A DNA stretch of 64,000 nucleotides, from positions 7,121-71,120 of the forward strand of contig MFGJ01000006.1 in the NCBI GenBank assembly GCA_001778235.1, read 5' to 3'. A program made the position numbers and the translations under genes. The notes beneath the pieces are model-generated. The model worked only from the letters and a program-made list of their open reading frames with translations, did no database searches and was not told where the DNA came from. Below, in pieces: positions 60,442 through 64,000 of the stretch; position 1 is the stretch's first letter; every line of letters begins with the position of its first letter. This DNA comes from Candidatus Falkowbacteria bacterium RIFOXYC2_FULL_36_12 (lineage in GTDB: Bacteria > Patescibacteriota > Patescibacteriia > UBA11705).

Positions 60442-60842
60442 AAAGAGAAGTCGGGCGAAAGAGAAAATTGACAAAATTATTTATCTGTACAATTATGATA
60501 TATACATAATCTATGGAATTAGAGGTGACCAAAGGTCACTTCTTACAAAAGGAGGTGTGGATGGTACCACTCAATGAAAGTGATGATTTTACTGCGTCAG
60601 CATGTTCAAACTCAAGTAAATCTAATGCTGTACTTTATCTTGTGGTGGGTTCTCCAAGAATTTTATCGCTACCTTTGATAAGGATAAGGCTTATCGAGCA
60701 TTAAAAAAAGCGGAGCAATTTTCTAGTCATGCTCATGTTGTAGCTATGCCACTTGATGTTTATGATCAAAATAGGTGGGTTGTGTAAAACATTGATAATA
60801 TCAGTGTTTTTTTGTAAAAAGTTAGTTAATGAAAAAACATTT

Positions 60843-60947
60843 TCGCCCGAACCGACAGCCAGGCTGTCGGTTCGGGCGAAAGAGAAGTCGGGGAAAAAGA
60901 AGTCGGGGAAAAAGAAGTCGGGGAAAAGAGAAGTCGGGGAAAGCTTG
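60843..60947. repeat. GC-rich palindrome copy 2 plus a tandem (GAAGTCGGGGAAAAA) x4
   Basis: Same palindrome with one substitution, then four 12-13-bp units. Confidence 0.8.
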
Positions 60948-60984
60948 ATTTCTATTAGGCTTGAAGCTATAATTTAATAGTATT

Positions 60985-61716
60985 ATGAAAGATAAGTTCC
61001 AACAAATTACCCAGAAAAGCTATGATCAGATTGCAGGGCAGTTTTCTTATTCTCGAAATTATGTTTGGAGTGATTTGCAGGTGTTTCTGGAATATGTAAA
61101 TGATGGTGATGATGTTTTGGATCTTGGCGCTGGTAATGGTCGAATGGTGGAATTTTTGCAGGACAAGGCAGTGAATTATTTGGGGGTTGATAGTAGTCGA
61201 GAATTGATAAAACAAGCAAAACAAAAATTTCCTAAATTTAAATTTCAGGTAAAAGATGCCTTGAAGATAAATTATAGGAATAAATTTGATGTGGTGATCG
61301 CAACTGCTGTTTTGAATCATTTTGCTGATGAAAAATCCAGAATTGTTGTTTTGAAAAATATTTATAGAAGCTTGAAGCCCGGTGGTGATTTGCTTATGAG
61401 CAATTGGAATATGTGGAATGAAAAAAATCCAAAAGGAATGAGAAAATTTGAAAAAATGAAAAAAGAATTGAATGATGAAAACTTTTTTGACAAATTTGGG
61501 GTTAAAAAGTCTGAAATTGACACTGGTGATGTCTTGACTGTGTGGGGTGAAGACAGTGTTTTGTATTATCATGCTTTTACAATTGAAGAGTTGAAAGAGT
61601 TGTGCGAAAAAGTTGGATTTAAGGTTGTGAAAAATTATTATTCTTTGCGCGGTGTGAAAAGTACGAAATTGAAAGGGGATAATTTGATTTTGGTTGGGAA
61701 GAAATGGGAAAAATAG
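60985..61716 (+). CDS. class I SAM-dependent methyltransferase
   Basis: Motif I VLDLGAGNGR, with motif II/III spacing typical of the class. Confidence 0.7.
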   Translation: MKDKFQQITQKSYDQIAGQFSYSRNYVWSDLQVFLEYVNDGDDVLDLGAGNGRMVEFLQDKAVNYLGVDSSRELIKQAKQKFPKFKFQVKDALKINYRNKFDVVIATAVLNHFADEKSRIVVLKNIYRSLKPGGDLLMSNWNMWNEKNPKGMRKFEKMKKELNDENFFDKFGVKKSEIDTGDVLTVWGEDSVLYYHAFTIEELKELCEKVGFKVVKNYYSLRGVKSTKLKGDNLILVGKKWEK

Positions 61717-61749
61717 ATTTAGATCAATTATACATAATTTAGAAAAAGT

Positions 61750-62028
61750 ATGGGTATGTTTGAATGGATTCGTTCAAAACCAAAAAAAGAAGAGCCTGCG
61801 ATTGGAGTTTTTGAGTACGAAGATGAAAACGGAGTATTGCGAACTGAGGGAGGGATTGAAGATGCTGACGATGCGGATACTCCAGAGGATGAGTTTGATA
61901 ATGATAGCGAAGATGCAGAAGATACTTTTACAGCGCGTGAGGATGAAGATGGTGATGCTGATGAGGATGCTGGAAACGAGGATGGTCATGATGCAGAAGA
62001 TGAAGGTGTGGATGATGGGGAGGAATAA
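61750..62028 (+). CDS. hypothetical highly acidic (D/E-rich) protein
   Basis: 92 aa, more than 40% D+E. It may be a purine-run artefact. Overlapping alternative frames look spurious. Confidence 0.3.
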   Translation: MGMFEWIRSKPKKEEPAIGVFEYEDENGVLRTEGGIEDADDADTPEDEFDNDSEDAEDTFTAREDEDGDADEDAGNEDGHDAEDEGVDDGEE

Positions 62029-62111
62029 ATATTGTAAAAGATAAGCCAACTTCCAGTTTGAAATATAGCTGGATTTTGGTATAATAAAGATAGATTAAGA
62101 ATTAGTAAATT

Positions 62112-63476
62112 ATGCAGTTAAATTACAAGAAGGTATATTTTTCAGGAATTGGTGGAATTGGTGTGTCTGCCTTGGCAAAAATGTTTTTGCAATCTGGGGT
62201 TGAAGTGGTTGGTTCAGATTCTAATAAATCAGAAATAACTGAAGAAATCGAAAAATTAGGTATCAAAGTAAATTATAAACAAACAGCTGGTAATATTACG
62301 GGTAATTTTGATTTGATGATTTACTCTCCAGCTGTGTCTGAAAATAATCCCGAGCGACAGAAAGCAAAAAAAATAGAATTAATACAAAAAAGTTATCCTG
62401 AAATGCTTGGTAAGATCAGTAAAATGTTTGAAACTGTGGCTGTTTCTGGTACCAATGGCAAATCAACAACAACGGCTATGTTGGCGCAGATTTTGCTTGA
62501 TGCAGGCATTGACCCAACCGTTATTTTGGGATCAAAAATGCCAAGGATTGATGGAAATTTTCACCAAGGTAAAAGTAAATATTTTGTGGTTGAAGCCTGT
62601 GAATATCGTAGTCACATGATGAATTTATCGCCAAAAGCGATTATTTTAACCAATATTGAAGAAGATCATTTGGATTATTTCAAGGATTTGCATCATATAA
62701 TCAGTTCTTTCCAGCAATATATTGAAAAGTTGGGGGTTGATGATTTGCTAGTTATCAATAATGATGATCTCAATATTGCTCAACTGAATTTGCCTGATTG
62801 CAAAATAATGACTTATGGTATTAATAAAGTTTCAGATGTCATGGCTAGTAATGTGCATATAAAAGACGGGCATCAAATTTTTGAACTAGCTTTTAAGGGA
62901 GAAAATGTTGGTGAGGTAAAGTTACAAGTTCCTGGTGTTTTTAATGTTTACAATGCTTTGGCGGCAATCTGCTATGCCATGAGTTTGAATGTTTCGCTTG
63001 AAAAAATAAAAAACAGTTTGCACAGTTTTCCCGGTTTATGGCGAAGATTTGAAAAAATTTGTAATGATGATATTACTGTAATTTCAGATTATGCACATCA
63101 TCCGACTGCGGTGGCAGGAACAATTCAAGCTGCTCGTGATTTTTATTCCGGACGAAGAATTATTGCGGTCTTTCAGCCTCATCAGCATAGCAGGACAAAA
63201 GAATTATTTAATGAATTTGTTGAATCATTAATTAATGCTGATGTGATTATCTTATCAGAGATATTTGATGTGGCAGGACGAGAAGAAACCAAAGATCAAG
63301 ATGTTAGCTCGGATGATTTAGCGAAAGAATTAAATGAAAAAGGTAAGGAAGTATATTTTACTGAAAATTTGAAAAAAACAATAAAGCAAATACAAAAAGT
63401 GATGCAAGCTGGTGATGTTATTTTGGTAATGGGTGCGGGTTCGGTTTATACGATTGTTGAAAAAATTATACCCTGA
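62112..63476 (+). CDS. murC: UDP-N-acetylmuramate--L-alanine ligase
   Basis: GTNGKSTTT P-loop and Mur ligase middle and C-terminal domains. The stop codon lies inside a REP-like unit. Confidence 0.9.
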   Translation: MQLNYKKVYFSGIGGIGVSALAKMFLQSGVEVVGSDSNKSEITEEIEKLGIKVNYKQTAGNITGNFDLMIYSPAVSENNPERQKAKKIELIQKSYPEMLGKISKMFETVAVSGTNGKSTTTAMLAQILLDAGIDPTVILGSKMPRIDGNFHQGKSKYFVVEACEYRSHMMNLSPKAIILTNIEEDHLDYFKDLHHIISSFQQYIEKLGVDDLLVINNDDLNIAQLNLPDCKIMTYGINKVSDVMASNVHIKDGHQIFELAFKGENVGEVKLQVPGVFNVYNALAAICYAMSLNVSLEKIKNSLHSFPGLWRRFEKICNDDITVISDYAHHPTAVAGTIQAARDFYSGRRIIAVFQPHQHSRTKELFNEFVESLINADVIILSEIFDVAGREETKDQDVSSDDLAKELNEKGKEVYFTENLKKTIKQIQKVMQAGDVILVMGAGSVYTIVEKIIP

Positions 63477-63720
63477 AACCATGTACTATAAACAAGTTTA
63501 AGTGCATGGCGAGTAAATTCAGGGTGACAAGTGAGTGAGAGGTTGTGACAAGTGGGTTTTGAAGAATTATACCCTGAAATAAATTCAGGGTGACAAGTGA
63601 GTGAATGTTTTGGCAGGCTTAGCGTGACAAATTATTTGTAGGTTTTTGACAAGCTTACTGGGATAGTTTAATTTATAATTTCTAGCAAATTCAGGATGAC
63701 GAGAAATGTTAATAATTATG
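63463..63720 (+). repeat. REP-like hairpin units, 2 clear copies plus degenerate copies
   Basis: TTATACCCTGAA-loop-TTCAGGGTGACAAGTGAGTGAG... is the same family as 6955-7497. The tail has TTCAGGATGACGAG as seen at about 7350. Confidence 0.8.
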
Positions 63721-63894
63721 AAAAATAATCACGAACAATTAGAAAATAGTGTATTGAATAAGACTCGAGTGAGAAAACAAAATAAAAGACTTGTTAGCGC
63801 GAAGACAGGGACTCTTAGTCGTGAATTGAAAAAACAGGAAATAGCAATGAAGCGGAAAAAGATAGGGGTTAGGGTTCGGGTGAAGAAAATATAG
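63706..63894 (+). CDS. small basic hypothetical protein
   Basis: 62-aa K/R-rich ORF whose start lies inside a degenerate repeat. Weak evidence. Confidence 0.2.
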   Translation: MLIIMKNNHEQLENSVLNKTRVRKQNKRLVSAKTGTLSRELKKQEIAMKRKKIGVRVRVKKI

Positions 63895-64000
63895 TTACAA
63901 ATATACAAATATTACAAATACTACAAATACTAGAATGCTAGAAATACGAATTACTAATATTAAAATTTTACAATATGTTAGATAAATTAAAATTGGATTA

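Noticed and set aside
60513-60977. ORFs 60513-60704 (63 aa) and 60753-60977 (74 aa).
   Set aside because: The second runs across the GC palindrome and the tandem mini-repeats and is KSG-repeat low complexity. The first has poor composition, and a better-looking peptide (…DKDKAYRALKKAEQFSSHAHVV…) sits in another frame without a start codon. This is probably non-coding or a decayed gene.
61694-62049. Alternative frames over the acidic-protein locus (61694-62044 on +, 61774-62049 on -).
   Set aside because: They are Met/Arg-rich or Ile/Phe-rich translations of a GA-rich tract and have no RBS. Only the D/E-rich frame is retained, at low confidence.

Overview
This is an AT-rich, gene-dense bacterial window that uses the standard genetic code (TGA acts as a stop, for example at the end of the UvrD-like gene). 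Many genes have GGAGG-type ribosome-binding sites, and many overlap by about 4 bp. Small membrane proteins are numerous and many ORFs have no recognisable family, a profile consistent with a reduced-genome CPR/Patescibacteria-like organism. That placement is inference only.

Housekeeping genes I recognise, in order along the window:
- cell envelope and proteolysis: murI, an RseP-type site-2 protease, a prepilin peptidase, an MraY/WecA-family transferase, murC;
- central metabolism: gap, a 2-hydroxyacid dehydrogenase, folD, glyA;
- replication and repair: ligA, a UvrD/PcrA helicase, and the block dnaB-ybaB-recR;
- translation and tRNA modification: gatC, gatA, rplU, queH, an Elp3-like gene;
- other: a B12-binding radical SAM protein, a VIT1 transporter, a Clp ATPase, a GH3 hydrolase, a NUDIX hydrolase.

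Non-housekeeping content worth a second look:
1. A REP-like hairpin repeat family occurs at three loci. Two inverted copies bracket a small GIY-YIG nuclease gene, and repeat units supply gene termini.
2. A minus-strand operon encodes a TelA-like protein, a large bitopic coiled-coil membrane protein and two SPFH/band-7 paralogs.
3. An accessory island at roughly 40.6-48.7 kb holds a SET-domain protein and a 507-aa unknown gene that share a duplicated palindromic upstream element. The island also carries a Type II R-M pair whose methyltransferase has N-terminal HEAT repeats, flanked by two direct copies of a strongly GC-rich structured element about 200 bp long.
4. A GC-rich candidate ncRNA of about 620 nt is bounded by a consensus extended -10 sigma70 promoter and a strong intrinsic terminator. 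I could not assign it to RNase P RNA, tmRNA or SRP RNA by motif.
5. A 97-bp tandem array of 4.4 copies lies upstream of the MraY/WecA-like gene.
6. A 43-aa protein with eight cysteines is encoded next to the VIT1 transporter.
7. The Clp ATPase carries an N-terminal zinc ribbon and a transmembrane segment.

I could not identify any rRNA, tRNA or CRISPR array.
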